Shown here: in pieces, positions 54,424 to 64,000 of the stretch
Numbering within the stretch: position 1 is the first letter of the stretch
How the letters are laid out: each line of letters begins with the position of its first letter
NCBI GenBank assembly: GCA_035546035.1
Contig: DASZXC010000003.1
Span: 64,479 to 128,478, forward strand
Reading direction: 5' to 3'
Length of the DNA: 64,000 bases
Origin: Minisyncoccota bacterium
GTDB taxonomy: Bacteria; Patescibacteriota; Minisyncoccia; Phycocordibacterales; UBA6065
The notes under the pieces: generated by a model
The model's database searches: none
Told to the model about the DNA's origin: nothing
What the model saw: the letters and a program-made list of their open reading frames with translations, nothing else
Made by a program: the position numbers and the translations under genes

Positions 54424-54912
54424 TTAGGTTCGAGTGGTGAGCCTGGTTCTCGCTAACGAGACCGCGCGTCGCTCTTCTTCCGTGAGGGTATTGTCTGAAT
54501 CGAATTTCGCGAGGGGCTTCGAATACACCGATACGCGCTCGCGGGTGAATATGCTCGAGAGCACCGCGCCGTCGCCGTCCTCGTTCAGGAACGCCGTCGC
54601 GAAGCTCTGTCCGCCGCCCGTCGTGCCGCCGAGACCGTCGCCGCGGAACGCGTTGAAGCGCACGGTCTCGGTCGCCTGGGTCGATCGGCGGAGGCGCCTT
54701 TCGACGTTCTTCATGTATTCTTCGATGTCCTTTCTGAACTTCTCGAGGCCGTCTATGTCCTTGTTCAGCGTCGCGATGGCCTGGCCGAGGTCGCCGCAAT
54801 CCTTGTTCTTGAACACCTTGCGGAGCGTCCATCGGAGATGGAATATGTCCGCGACGAGGCAGAGGCTGCAAACGGCAAGGACGCCTATAAGGATGTTCGA
54901 GTCGAGAATCAT
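54424..54912 (-). CDS. hypothetical membrane-anchored protein
   Basis: 162 aa with an N-terminal TM helix and coiled-coil. Confidence 0.35.
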   Translation of the reverse strand: MILDSNILIGVLAVCSLCLVADIFHLRWTLRKVFKNKDCGDLGQAIATLNKDIDGLEKFRKDIEEYMKNVERRLRRSTQATETVRFNAFRGDGLGGTTGGGQSFATAFLNEDGDGAVLSSIFTRERVSVYSKPLAKFDSDNTLTEEERRAVSLARTRLTTRT

Positions 54913-54965
54913 GGCTCTATATTAGCCTATTTGCGGTGAATCTTCAAATGGAGTAGGTTTGAGGC

Positions 54966-56192
54966 ATGGGATTTTTCTCTAAAATATCCTCACAGAGGAT
55001 ATACGCCGACTGGGCCGCTACGACCCCTCTGCACCCGCGCGTCATACGGGCTATGGAGCGTGCTCGCGTCGCATGGGCGAATCCGAGTGCTATTCATAGT
55101 GAGGGCGTGAAGGCAAAGCACGCGCTCGAAGCTTCGCGCGTATCCCTCGCGCGCATTTTGGGCACGAAGCCCGAGGAAGTATATTTCACGTCCGGCGGTA
55201 CCGAAGCGAATGCGACGATCATTCAGGGCACGCTTCGTGCCAAGCTTGAAAAGGGCGTCAAAGACGTTCATGTCGTCACGACGGCGATCGAGCATTCGTC
55301 GGTCTTGGAAGTCGTTAAGCTTTTCGGCCAGCATGGAGTGAAGGTAACGTATGTCGCGCCGGGTGCGGACGGCGTCGTGCGCGCCGAAGACGTTTTAGCG
55401 GCTATTACGCCTGATACGGTGCTCGTCACGTGCATGTATGCGAACAATGAGATCGGTACCATACAGCCGGTTTCGAAAATAGGTGCAGGGGTGCGCAAGA
55501 TCCGCGCGGAAAGGATGGGGAAAGGGGAAGATTCGAACTTTCCGGTCTTCCATGTGGATGCTTCGCAAGCGCCATTGTGGCTTTCATGCGAGATCGAGGG
55601 CCTGCGCGCCGACGCTCTGACGCTCGACGCGCATAAAATGCAGGGTCCGAAGGGCGTCGGCGCGCTGGTCGTAAGGCGGCACGTTCATTGGGAGCCTCTT
55701 ATGGCCGGCGGCGGGCAGGAGCGTGGCAAGCGCCCGACGACGGAGTCGGTCGAGCTCATCGCCGGATTCGCCGAAGCCCTCGCCCTCGCTCATGAAGGCC
55801 GCGAAGAGCGTTCGAAAACCGCTGCCGCGGTCCGATCGTATTTTTTTGACCGCATCGCTGCTGAACTGCCGGACGCCGTTATAAACGGCTCGGTTAAAAA
55901 CCGGTTGCCGAATAACGTGAACGTCTCTATTCCCGACCTAGCTGATCCGGAATTCGCCCTACTATTCTTGGATAAAGAGGGCGTCGCGTGCTCGACCAAG
56001 AGCTCGTGCCTGAAAGGCGAAGAAGAGTCATATGTAGTGAAAGCGCTTGTCGAGGCAGGGAAGGACGCCGCGTCGAACATGTGGCGCGCCCGCAACACGC
56101 TCCGCTTCACCTTTGCACCAAACGCCGCGCGTCGGGACGTATCCTATATAGCGGAGCGACTCAAAAAACTCCCAAAAAACACCCGAAATTGA
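54966..56192 (+). CDS. cysteine desulfurase (class V aminotransferase, IscS/NifS-like)
   Basis: PLP-lysine motif LDAHKMQGPKG and the conserved C-terminal active-site Cys region (STKSSC). Confidence 0.75.
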   Translation: MGFFSKISSQRIYADWAATTPLHPRVIRAMERARVAWANPSAIHSEGVKAKHALEASRVSLARILGTKPEEVYFTSGGTEANATIIQGTLRAKLEKGVKDVHVVTTAIEHSSVLEVVKLFGQHGVKVTYVAPGADGVVRAEDVLAAITPDTVLVTCMYANNEIGTIQPVSKIGAGVRKIRAERMGKGEDSNFPVFHVDASQAPLWLSCEIEGLRADALTLDAHKMQGPKGVGALVVRRHVHWEPLMAGGGQERGKRPTTESVELIAGFAEALALAHEGREERSKTAAAVRSYFFDRIAAELPDAVINGSVKNRLPNNVNVSIPDLADPEFALLFLDKEGVACSTKSSCLKGEEESYVVKALVEAGKDAASNMWRARNTLRFTFAPNAARRDVSYIAERLKKLPKNTRN

Positions 56193-56204
56193 TACACTAA
56201 CCCT

Positions 56205-58889
56205 ATGCCACCACTTAACCATTTCACCACCAAGGCTAAAGAAGCCATCCGCCGCGCGCACGAGCTCGCGATCGAGCGCGGACAGAATCATGTAAACCCG
56301 CTTCATCTCCTTTCCGCCCTTATTTTGCAGGAGGAAAGCATGGTCCTCGCCATTCTCGAAAAGCTCGAGGTTGACGTCATCCTGCTTTCGGACTCGCTCG
56401 CCGAATCGCTCGAAGGCGCCCAGGCGGGAGCGACGCTTTCCCAGTCATATCAGATATATCTGACGCCTGAATTGGCGCAGGCTCTCGAAAACTCTGCCAA
56501 AGTCGCTGCGGGGCTCAAAGACGAATTCATCTCGACCGAGCACCTCTTCATCGCCCTTCTCGAGATCCCTGGACCTGCCGCAGAGATACTTTCGAAATTC
56601 AAGATCACCAAAGCCGGCGTCGTCCGCGTGCTCGAAGAGCTCAAAACCGCGAAGTCCGAGCCTTCGGCGCCAAAGAAACCGCGCGCGCTCGCGAAATATA
56701 CGAAGAGCCTGACCAAACTCGCCGCCGAGAACAAGCTCGACCCGGTCATCGGCCGCGACCAGGAGATCAGCCGTATCATCCAGATACTGTCCCGCCGCAC
56801 CAAGAACAACCCGATCCTTATCGGCGAAGCGGGCGTGGGCAAGACCGCCATCGTCGAAGGCCTCGCTTTGCGCATGGCACAGGGGGACGTGCCTGAATCC
56901 CTCAAGGATAAGGAACTCGTGCTCCTCGATCTCGGCCTCCTCGTCGCCGGTACGAAGTATCGCGGCGAATTCGAAGAGCGCCTCAAGAACATCATGAAAG
57001 AGATCGAGCGTTCAGACGGCAAGACGATCCTCTTCATAGACGAGATCCATACTATTGTAGGAGCCGGCGCCGCCGAAGGTTCTATGGACGCGTCGAATAT
57101 GCTCAAGCCGGCCCTTGCGCGCGGCGAGCTTCGCGCCATCGGCGCCACGACGCTGAAGGAATACCAGAAATACATCGAAAAGGACCCGGCTCTCACGCGT
57201 CGCTTCCAGCCTGTGTATGTATCCGAGCCTTCGCTCGAAGACGCGATCGCTATTTTGCGCGGCCTCAAGGAGAAGTACGAGCTCTTCCACGGCGTCCGCA
57301 TCACCGACGACGCCATCGTCGCCGCGGTGAACCTTTCGTCCCGATACATCAGCGACCGATTCCTGCCGGACAAGACCGTCGACCTCATAGACGAGGCCGC
57401 TTCTTCCCTGAAGATCTCGCTCGAATCCAAGCCGCCGCTCCTCGAAGAGACGCATCGCAAGATCATGCGCCTCGAGATAGAGAAGGAGGCATTGAAGAAA
57501 GAGGAATCCAAAGAATCAAAGGCCCGCTCCAAGGCAATCGAAAAGGAGATCGCCGATCTCAGGGAGGAGACGCAGGAGCTCGAGCTCAAATGGAAGAGCG
57601 AGAAGGAGCTCCTCACGTCCGTTAAGGCGATAAAGAAAGACCTCGAAAAATTGCGCCTCGAAGCGGAGACCGCCGAATTGCGCGCCGACCTGTCGAAGGC
57701 CGCGGAGATCCGATACGGCAAAATCCCGGCTCTCGAAAAGGACCTCGATACTAAGATGAAGAAGTTCAAGAAGATACAGTCTTCGCGCCGCGTCCTGAAA
57801 GAAGAAATCACCGAACAGGACATCGCCGATGTCGTCTCGAAATGGACGGGCATTCCGGTGACCCGCATGCTCGAAGAAGAGGCCCATAAATTGATGCGCA
57901 TGGAAGGCGAGCTCGGCAAGCGCGTCGTCGGCCAGTCCGAAGCGGTCAAAAAGATATCCGATACCATCCGCCGCGCCCGCGCGGGCATCGCTGACCCGAA
58001 CAGGCCGATCGGCTCGTTCCTATTCCTTGGTCCGACTGGCGTGGGTAAGACGGAGCTGACGAAGGCTCTCGCCGAATTCATGTTCAACGACGACAAGGCT
58101 TTGATCCGCGTAGACATGTCCGAATTCATGGAAAAGCATTCGACATCCAAACTGATCGGCGCGCCGCCGGGATATGTCGGATACGAAGAAGGCGGCTCGC
58201 TCACCGAAATGGTGCGCCATCGCCCGTATTCCGTCATCTTGTTCGACGAGATCGAGAAAGCGCACCCGGAAGTGTTCAACATATTGCTCCAGGTGCTCGA
58301 TAACGGCCGATTGACCGACACCAAGGGCCGTACGGTGAACTTCAAGAACACCGTCATCATCCTGACGTCGAATATCGGCGCGCAGTACATAGACAAGATG
58401 GAGAAGATCGGCTTCGCCGCCGATTCGTCGGAGAAGCGCAAGTATGACGACGTGAAGGACAAGGTCATGGAGAGTCTCAAAGACTACTTTAGGCCTGAAT
58501 TCCTGAATCGGCTCGATTCGATCATATTGTTCGACGTGCTTTCGCACGAAGCGATCAAGGATATCGTCAAGATCCAGGTCGGCGAGATCGTGAAGCGCCT
58601 TGCGGAGAAGGAGATCGCTCTCAATATATCGGCGCCTGTGTACGATTATCTCGCCAAGGAAGGGTACGATCCGAAATTCGGCGCGCGGCCGCTGAAGCGC
58701 CTCATTCAGGAGAAGATACTGACGCCGGTCGCCGGATTCATGATCTCGCAGGGCGTCGGCAAGGGCGGCGCCATCGCCGTTTCGATGAAGGGAAGCGAAT
58801 TCACGTTCGAGGTGAAGAAGGGCAAGAGGCCGATACCGCTCAAATCCCTGACTGACGAGATGGTCGAGGCTGAAAAAGTAGCGCAGTAA
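56205..58889 (+). CDS. clpB: ATP-dependent chaperone ClpB
   Basis: Clp N-domain, two AAA+ modules ([18 protein letters not shown]) and the long middle coiled-coil characteristic of ClpB. Terminator at 58895-58930. Confidence 0.9.
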   Translation: MPPLNHFTTKAKEAIRRAHELAIERGQNHVNPLHLLSALILQEESMVLAILEKLEVDVILLSDSLAESLEGAQAGATLSQSYQIYLTPELAQALENSAKVAAGLKDEFISTEHLFIALLEIPGPAAEILSKFKITKAGVVRVLEELKTAKSEPSAPKKPRALAKYTKSLTKLAAENKLDPVIGRDQEISRIIQILSRRTKNNPILIGEAGVGKTAIVEGLALRMAQGDVPESLKDKELVLLDLGLLVAGTKYRGEFEERLKNIMKEIERSDGKTILFIDEIHTIVGAGAAEGSMDASNMLKPALARGELRAIGATTLKEYQKYIEKDPALTRRFQPVYVSEPSLEDAIAILRGLKEKYELFHGVRITDDAIVAAVNLSSRYISDRFLPDKTVDLIDEAASSLKISLESKPPLLEETHRKIMRLEIEKEALKKEESKESKARSKAIEKEIADLREETQELELKWKSEKELLTSVKAIKKDLEKLRLEAETAELRADLSKAAEIRYGKIPALEKDLDTKMKKFKKIQSSRRVLKEEITEQDIADVVSKWTGIPVTRMLEEEAHKLMRMEGELGKRVVGQSEAVKKISDTIRRARAGIADPNRPIGSFLFLGPTGVGKTELTKALAEFMFNDDKALIRVDMSEFMEKHSTSKLIGAPPGYVGYEEGGSLTEMVRHRPYSVILFDEIEKAHPEVFNILLQVLDNGRLTDTKGRTVNFKNTVIILTSNIGAQYIDKMEKIGFAADSSEKRKYDDVKDKVMESLKDYFRPEFLNRLDSIILFDVLSHEAIKDIVKIQVGEIVKRLAEKEIALNISAPVYDYLAKEGYDPKFGARPLKRLIQEKILTPVAGFMISQGVGKGGAIAVSMKGSEFTFEVKKGKRPIPLKSLTDEMVEAEKVAQ

Positions 58890-58980
58890 AGACGGAAGGA
58901 AGCCGCGCCGGACCTTGTGTCCGGCGCGGCTTTTTCTTGAGAAAACGGCGAAATCTGGTAGAGTGTTGAGGTTCTTTCAT

Positions 58981-59064
58981 GCGTAGGTGGTAGAGTGGTC
59001 AATTACAACAGACTGTAAATCTGTCGCCCATTGGGCTACACAGGTTCGAATCCTGTCCTACGCA
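58981..59064 (+). tRNA. tRNA-Tyr (anticodon GTA), long variable arm
   Basis: GCGTAGGTGGTAGAGTGG...ACAGACTGTAAATCTGT...ACAGGTTCGAATCCTGTCCTACGCA. Confidence 0.7.
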
Positions 59065-59097
59065 CAAAATCCCCAAGCGCTCTGGTATACTGGGTCC

Positions 59098-60153
59098 ATG
59101 TCCCACGAAGTGCTCTACAGAAAATACCGTCCGCAGTCTTTTGACGAAGTCGTCGGCCAGGATTCCGTCGTAAAGGCTCTCCAGGGCGCTATTAAAAATT
59201 CCGCCGTTGCCCACGCATATCTGTTCGCCGGGTCGCGCGGCATCGGCAAGACGTCCATCGCTCGTATATTCGCGCGCGAGATCGGCACGACGCCAAATGA
59301 CATATATGAGATAGATGCCGCATCGAACCGCGGCATAGATGACATCCGCGCTCTCCGCGACGCGGTCGCGGTATTGCCGTTCGAATCGAAATTCAAGGTC
59401 TATATCATAGACGAGGTGCATATGCTCACGAAGGAAGCGTTCAACGCGCTCCTGAAGACGCTCGAAGAGCCGCCGAGGCACGTCGTATTTATCCTGGCGA
59501 CGACTGAAGTCTATAAATTACCCGAAACGATCGTGTCGCGCTGCCAGGTATTCGAATTCAAGCGCCCCACGGTGGATATACTGAAGGATACGGTCATGTC
59601 CGTCGCCAAAAAGGAGGGCTATTTGTTGGAGCCTTCTGCCGCAGAGCTCGTCGCGCTGGTCGGCGACGGATCGTTCCGCGATTCGCACGGCATTTTAGAG
59701 CGCGTCATCGCCGGGCTCGGTGCCCAGAAAGGCAAAGGCGCGGCGAAGATCATCCGCGACGACGTCGAAGAGGCGACCGGCTCGCCAAAAGCGGAATTGG
59801 TCCGAGAATTCATCGGCGCATTGGCTTCGAAAGACGCAAAATCCGCATTCGGCTCTATCGCTAAGGTAAAAGAAAAATCGTTCGATCCGAAATTGTTCCT
59901 CGAATTGTCGCTTTCGCTTGCGCGGCTCGCCCTGCTCCAAAAGATAGCGGGGGAGGAGGCGACTCAAGGCGCGTCGGACGAAGATAAAAAATTCATAGCG
60001 AAGGCGCTTGCCGAAGGCTTGGCACTCGATTCAAAATTGCTCCGCGGTCTCCTCGGCGCTTTCGATTACATAGGCTCGTCGCCGATACGCGAATTGCCGC
60101 TGGAGCTCGCTGTTTTGGATATCGTAGGAGAAGAAAAAGGCCTGTTTGTATAA
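59098..60153 (+). CDS. dnaX: DNA polymerase III subunit gamma/tau (short form)
   Basis: RPQSFDEVVGQ, GSRGIGKTS Walker A, DEVHML. The track ORF starts inside the tRNA-Tyr, so the start is taken at the internal Met MSHEVLYRKY. Confidence 0.8.
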   Translation: MSHEVLYRKYRPQSFDEVVGQDSVVKALQGAIKNSAVAHAYLFAGSRGIGKTSIARIFAREIGTTPNDIYEIDAASNRGIDDIRALRDAVAVLPFESKFKVYIIDEVHMLTKEAFNALLKTLEEPPRHVVFILATTEVYKLPETIVSRCQVFEFKRPTVDILKDTVMSVAKKEGYLLEPSAAELVALVGDGSFRDSHGILERVIAGLGAQKGKGAAKIIRDDVEEATGSPKAELVREFIGALASKDAKSAFGSIAKVKEKSFDPKLFLELSLSLARLALLQKIAGEEATQGASDEDKKFIAKALAEGLALDSKLLRGLLGAFDYIGSSPIRELPLELAVLDIVGEEKGLFV

Positions 60154-60193
60154 AAAAGAGCCTCGCACGCGCGAGGCTCTCGGAATAAGAGAT

Positions 60194-60592
60194 TTAGGCG
60201 ACGACCGCGCGGTAGCGGTTCACGAAGCGTTTAGGGATGCAGGTGCCGCCGCCGAACTGATTGACGATCGCATCCATGCCGTCCACGACATGGCCCAAGA
60301 CCACCATGCCAGGCAGGTCCTTGTGCGGCGTGCAGACGAACCAGGTGCCGATGGGGCAGGCGTAGAGGTCAACGTCTTTGCCCTTCGGGACGGCCGCCAG
60401 CTCTTCAGCTGTCAGCTTGCGTCCTGGGAAACCGGCGATCTGCTCGCGCAATTCCTGAAGGGCTTTCTGTCGCCGGCATGCGAATCCTTCGAGCCGAAGC
60501 CCGCGTTTTTCTCGCGCCTCTTTCAGGCGACGCTTGCCGAAAAGCGCCCGACCGACGAGTCGCATAATGGTTCTGATTCTCATAAAGAACAA
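60194..60592 (-). CDS. hypothetical protein
   Basis: 132-aa ORF. The C-terminal 40 aa resemble a cyclophilin C-terminus only weakly. Confidence 0.25.
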   Translation of the reverse strand: MFFMRIRTIMRLVGRALFGKRRLKEAREKRGLRLEGFACRRQKALQELREQIAGFPGRKLTAEELAAVPKGKDVDLYACPIGTWFVCTPHKDLPGMVVLGHVVDGMDAIVNQFGGGTCIPKRFVNRYRAVVA

Positions 60593-60710
60593 GGTATTGA
60601 GGGGTTATGAAGAGGTCAGTTTCGGGCAGACTATACGATTTCCTGATGACGCCGTCAATCGTTTCTTGTACAACCGAGAGCCGCACGCTACTATGTCCAA
60701 ATCGGTATAT

Positions 60711-60781
60711 TGCCGGATCGTCTAATGGTAGGACATGGGCCTTTGGAGCCTAGAATCTTGGTTCGATTCCAAGTCCGGCAA
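60711..60781 (+). tRNA. tRNA-Gln (anticodon TTG), U1-A72 pair
   Basis: TGCCGGATCGTCTAATGGTAGGACATGGGCCTTTGGAGCCTAGAATCTTGGTTCGATTCCAAGTCCGGCAA. Confidence 0.65.
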
Positions 60782-60785
60782 CACG

Positions 60786-61055
60786 ATGCGCATGTTTCGT
60801 AGTAAAATATTAGATATGTATTTCAAATCAAAAAAGGTATCGCTTCTGATCTTGGCTATAACGGCTCTCGTGTTTTCCCGAACGATGTTCGTCTTCTTCA
60901 ATGATGCCGAAGGCCCGAATCTGCTCGTGGTCGTCGTGACGGCGGCAGTCATATATTTTCCGGCTCTGGCGGTATATTTGCGCAAGCCGCGTCTTCTAGC
61001 GGCGGCCCTCGCCCAGATATTAATCGCCGCGGTTCTTTATCTTTTTCTGAAGTAG
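60786..61055 (+). CDS. hypothetical small membrane protein
   Basis: Two predicted TM helices. Start moved to the internal Met, downstream of tRNA-Gln. Confidence 0.3.
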   Translation: MRMFRSKILDMYFKSKKVSLLILAITALVFSRTMFVFFNDAEGPNLLVVVVTAAVIYFPALAVYLRKPRLLAAALAQILIAAVLYLFLK

Positions 61056-61064
61056 GCTCTGCGC

Positions 61065-61418
61065 ATGCTCAAAGAAAACCTCTACGCGACGAGCTTCTCG
61101 AAAGTCTATCCGTACTATATCGCCAAGTCGAAGAGAAAAGGCCGCACGAAGGAAGAGGTGGACGAGCTCATCCGCTGGCTGACTGGCTATACCCAAAGGC
61201 AATTCGAAGCCCAGATGGAAAAAGGAACGGATTTTAAGACTTTCTATATGAAAGCGCCCAAACCGAATCCGAAAAGGCGCTTGATAAAGGGCGTCATCTG
61301 CGGCGTTCGAATAGAGGAGATAGACGATAGGGTCATGCGGGAGATCCGCTATCTGGACAAGCTGATAGACGAGCTGGCCAAGGGCAAGCCTGTGGAGAAG
61401 ATCAAGCTCCGTGGTTAA
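61065..61418 (+). CDS. DUF2200-family protein
   Basis: [32 protein letters not shown]...[31 protein letters not shown] matches my memory of the DUF2200 consensus. Confidence 0.5.
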   Translation: MLKENLYATSFSKVYPYYIAKSKRKGRTKEEVDELIRWLTGYTQRQFEAQMEKGTDFKTFYMKAPKPNPKRRLIKGVICGVRIEEIDDRVMREIRYLDKLIDELAKGKPVEKIKLRG

Positions 61419-61426
61419 ATAGAGGC

Positions 61427-61891
61427 ATGATACAGACCACGCTCAATTTTCTCATAGAGGGCGACAAGGTCCTCCTAGCCATGAAGAAGAGGGGGTTCGG
61501 TGCGGGGAAATGGAATGGCGTCGGAGGAAAATTGCGGGCAGGCGAGAATCCGACTCAGGCGATCATCCGCGAGTCGGCCGAAGAGATCGGCGTTACGATC
61601 TCGCCGAAAGATATTGTTTCCGTCGGCGTGATGGATTTTCATTTCACCGATAGACCCGATTGGGACCAGCGGTGCCATGTATTCGTCACGCGCGCATGGC
61701 AGGGCGAGCCTGCCGAGAGCGAAGAGATGCGGCCGCAGTGGTACGGATTCGCGGACGTGCCGTATGATTCGATGTGGATAGACGACAAGCACTGGCTGCC
61801 GTTCGTGCTCCAGGGCAAAAACGTCAAAGCGACCTTCCATTTCTCGAACGGCGGGGCCGATATGGTCAGTCACGACGTAAAGACAGCCTAA
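61427..61891 (+). CDS. NUDIX hydrolase (MutT-like)
   Basis: Nudix box GGKLRAGENPTQAIIRESAEEIGV. Confidence 0.75.
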   Translation: MIQTTLNFLIEGDKVLLAMKKRGFGAGKWNGVGGKLRAGENPTQAIIRESAEEIGVTISPKDIVSVGVMDFHFTDRPDWDQRCHVFVTRAWQGEPAESEEMRPQWYGFADVPYDSMWIDDKHWLPFVLQGKNVKATFHFSNGGADMVSHDVKTA

Positions 61892-61892
61892 A

Positions 61893-62405
61893 TCAGGCTT
61901 TTCTTACGGATTTGGGCGCTTTCGGAAGCTTGAGAGGCTTCGGCGTGATCGGTTTCGCCCGATCGATATCGAGGAAAAGGATAGGTCTGCCGATGGCGCC
62001 GAGCACGAGCCGCGCGCATCCTTGGACCTTTGTCTTCACCCCTTCTTTTTTTATCTCGACGAGGCTGAATATGACGGCGCGGCCGGGCTTGCTTTCCAAT
62101 TTTTTCCAGAGATTCTGATATATGGCAGGGGTTATATCCGTGACGTCGCTCACGTTCTTCCTCCGAAGCTCGTCTCGCGCGTATCCGAGTATCGTCCGCG
62201 CCGATTCGGACGCGGCGGTCACCATTCCATCCTCTTCGAGCGACATCGCATATCTGTCCGGCGCCGAGATCTGGTCGCCGATGCCTTTGATCGTCGTGAG
62301 CCGCTTGCAGAAGCGGCATTTGAGCTCGATCTCTCCGGTCATGATGAAGCCGCGGGCAAGCAGTTTGCCGCACTCGCACCTGTAGGCATCGAGGATGTCT
62401 TTCAT
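61893..62405 (-). CDS. hypothetical protein with N-terminal Com-like zinc ribbon
   Basis: CECGKLL...CRFCKR zinc ribbon, then a 120-aa alpha/beta domain. Confidence 0.35.
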   Translation of the reverse strand: MKDILDAYRCECGKLLARGFIMTGEIELKCRFCKRLTTIKGIGDQISAPDRYAMSLEEDGMVTAASESARTILGYARDELRRKNVSDVTDITPAIYQNLWKKLESKPGRAVIFSLVEIKKEGVKTKVQGCARLVLGAIGRPILFLDIDRAKPITPKPLKLPKAPKSVRKA

Positions 62406-62533
62406 GATTTCGAAAGATTATGCCACGTTCCCTTTCTCAATACTATGGGAACGGGTTGGGGATAGGAAAGCCATTGAAAGTGCTATAATTTTCAACATAG
62501 AGAAGCTCTCGAAGCTCAAGTCGGAGGTTGCTT

Positions 62534-64000
62534 TTGAGTTTCGTGACCAATCCCTTGTCATCACGGCGTTTTCGCCCTATATTCCTGTCCTTAACCATAG
62601 GATTGACGGCGCTTTGTGCTGTATCATATCCGACCGCCGCTCTTGCGGCTGGCGTGCCTTCGACCCTTTCATACCAAGGCCGTCTCACTGACGGATCCGG
62701 AAACCTTCTCGGGGGTACGGGAACGACCTACTATTTTAAATTCTCTCTCTGGAACAATGCGACGGTCGGAAACGGCTCGCGATTGTGGCCTGCGGTCGCT
62801 CCGTCCACGTTCTCGACGACGGTCAGGCAGGGCGTTTTCAATGTGAATATCGGCGATACGCCTGCGGGGTACCCTGATGCGCTCAATTTCGATTTCAGGA
62901 CGTCTGACATATACCTTCAGGTCGAGGTTTCAGCGAACGGATCGGCGTTCGAGACGCTTTCTCCGCGCCAGCCGATCTCTTCGGCTGCATTCGCGCAGAT
63001 AGCGGGCGCGATTTCGGGCGCGGGGCAGTCGGCGATCGGCACGACGACGCCCGCGACCGACGCGGTTGCGACGATCGAGGCCACGACATCGTCCGCGGTC
63101 GCATTGGCGGTGCGCGGAACGGCGGGACAGACGGCCAAACTGCTCGATGTGAGGAATGTCCTCGGCTCATCGCTCTTTTCCGTCAATTCTGACGGCCAGA
63201 TAAACGCCGCGGCGCTCGCTACTTTGGCCGGAGGCATCATTTCCAACGCCTCTTCGACCATTTCCGGCCTGACTACGCTCAATGCGACTTCCACGAATGC
63301 CACCACGACGAGCCTGTTCGCGGGCATCATCCGCGGCGCGGGGCTCACGTCTTGCTCCGGCTCGTCCGACAAGCTTATCTGGAACTCGGCAACCGGACAA
63401 TTCGGTTGCGGAGTGGACGCCGGCGGATCGGGAAGCGGCATCTCGGGTATCGCCGCCCAGTATTCGCCTTTTCAGACGGGAGCATCGCAGACGCTCGCGA
63501 CCACGTCCGATGCAAATATCCTTTTGACAATCACGTCGTCGGGCGATACGCATACCTTCTCGCCATCATGGACCGGCACGCTATCGGCCGCTCGTGGCGG
63601 TACGGGGCTGTCTTCGATCGCGGACGGATCGCTTCTCGTCGGCGGACCGGGGAATACCATCGCACAGATCTCAACCTCGTCTCTCGGTCTGAATACGGCG
63701 AATATCGTTGAAGGAAGCAATCTGTATTACACCGACCAGCGCGCCGACGCGCGTGTGAATGCGATCATAGGTGCGACGACGTCTATCGCGTCGCTCACCG
63801 ACCTGCCGCATATCGCTCGATCTACAACGACGAGCGCTACGACTACGAACTTGGCGCTCACGTCGGTCGCGGGATCGCTATTGAAGACGAATCCTTTGGG
63901 AGGAGTGGTCGCCGCGGTACCGGGCGTTGATTATTTGGCCGCGGGGAACGGCTGGTCCACCACATCGTCGGATTATTACGCGTCAGTGAACGATTTCTTC
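62534..64000 (+). CDS. large secreted Gly/Thr/Ser/Ala-rich repetitive surface protein (3'-partial; runs off the window)
   Basis: Open frame from a TTG (62534) or GTG (62543) start, 6 nt after GGAGG, to the window end. Signal peptide RRFRPIFLSLTIGLTALCAVSYPTAALAAG. Not in the ORF track because no stop is reached. Confidence 0.55.
   Translation, partial: MSFVTNPLSSRRFRPIFLSLTIGLTALCAVSYPTAALAAGVPSTLSYQGRLTDGSGNLLGGTGTTYYFKFSLWNNATVGNGSRLWPAVAPSTFSTTVRQGVFNVNIGDTPAGYPDALNFDFRTSDIYLQVEVSANGSAFETLSPRQPISSAAFAQIAGAISGAGQSAIGTTTPATDAVATIEATTSSAVALAVRGTAGQTAKLLDVRNVLGSSLFSVNSDGQINAAALATLAGGIISNASSTISGLTTLNATSTNATTTSLFAGIIRGAGLTSCSGSSDKLIWNSATGQFGCGVDAGGSGSGISGIAAQYSPFQTGASQTLATTSDANILLTITSSGDTHTFSPSWTGTLSAARGGTGLSSIADGSLLVGGPGNTIAQISTSSLGLNTANIVEGSNLYYTDQRADARVNAIIGATTSIASLTDLPHIARSTTTSATTTNLALTSVAGSLLKTNPLGGVVAAVPGVDYLAAGNGWSTTSSDYYASVNDFF

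Noticed and set aside
60194-60592. Possible cyclophilin-type PPIase fragment
   Set aside because: Only the last 40 residues (GTWFVCTPHKDLPGMVVLGHVVDGMDAIV) resemble a cyclophilin C-terminus. The expected N-terminal 100 residues are not recognisable in any frame upstream. It is kept as hypothetical and may be a remnant.

Overview
This window comes from a high-GC (roughly 60%) chromosome dense with housekeeping genes. These include murJ, lepA, tdk, valS, tsaD, mscL, trxB, ftsZ/ftsA, ybeY, rpsU, hisS, lepB, pth, rpsA, gyrA, rbfA, infB, an iscS-like gene, clpB and dnaX, plus 13 tRNAs. Several enzymes are unusually short (ValS 727 aa, IF-2 517 aa, DnaX 388 aa), which points to a reduced-genome bacterium, possibly CPR/Patescibacteria-like. 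A low-GC island of about 16.5 kb interrupts the backbone at roughly 12.9-29.4 kb, with tRNA-Val on one side and tRNA-Ser/tRNA-Glu on the other. It carries phage-like genes (a ParB-domain/methyltransferase fusion, a second methyltransferase, small and large terminase subunits), a copper-resistance module (CsoR, CopA, an HMA-CcdA/DsbD-like membrane protein and a small secreted protein), a repeat-rich region upstream of a large serine recombinase, and a complete diversity-generating retroelement (DGR). The DGR is the main find. Its reverse transcriptase (27429-28523, +) carries the DGR-specific IGNLTSQ motif and a YTDD active site. Its Avd accessory gene (27076-27426, -) is divergent from the RT, with start codons 2 bp apart. 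Its template repeat (TR, about 26911-27025, + sense) is asparagine (AAC)-codon rich. Its variable repeat (VR, about 25669-25783) sits at the C-terminus of a 268-aa target protein on the opposite strand. TR and VR differ at 13 positions, every one an adenine in the TR. The TR is inverted relative to the VR and the avd gene lies antisense between TR and RT, which departs from the canonical co-oriented layout. The RT coding sequence also contains an in-frame (GA)11 microsatellite. Outside the island I flag a family of 25-30 bp perfect-arm palindromes sharing a core, a tandem cluster of five paralogous small two-helix proteins that may be VirB2/TrbC-like pilins, and a 390-bp unassigned terminator-bounded segment inside a tRNA cluster.
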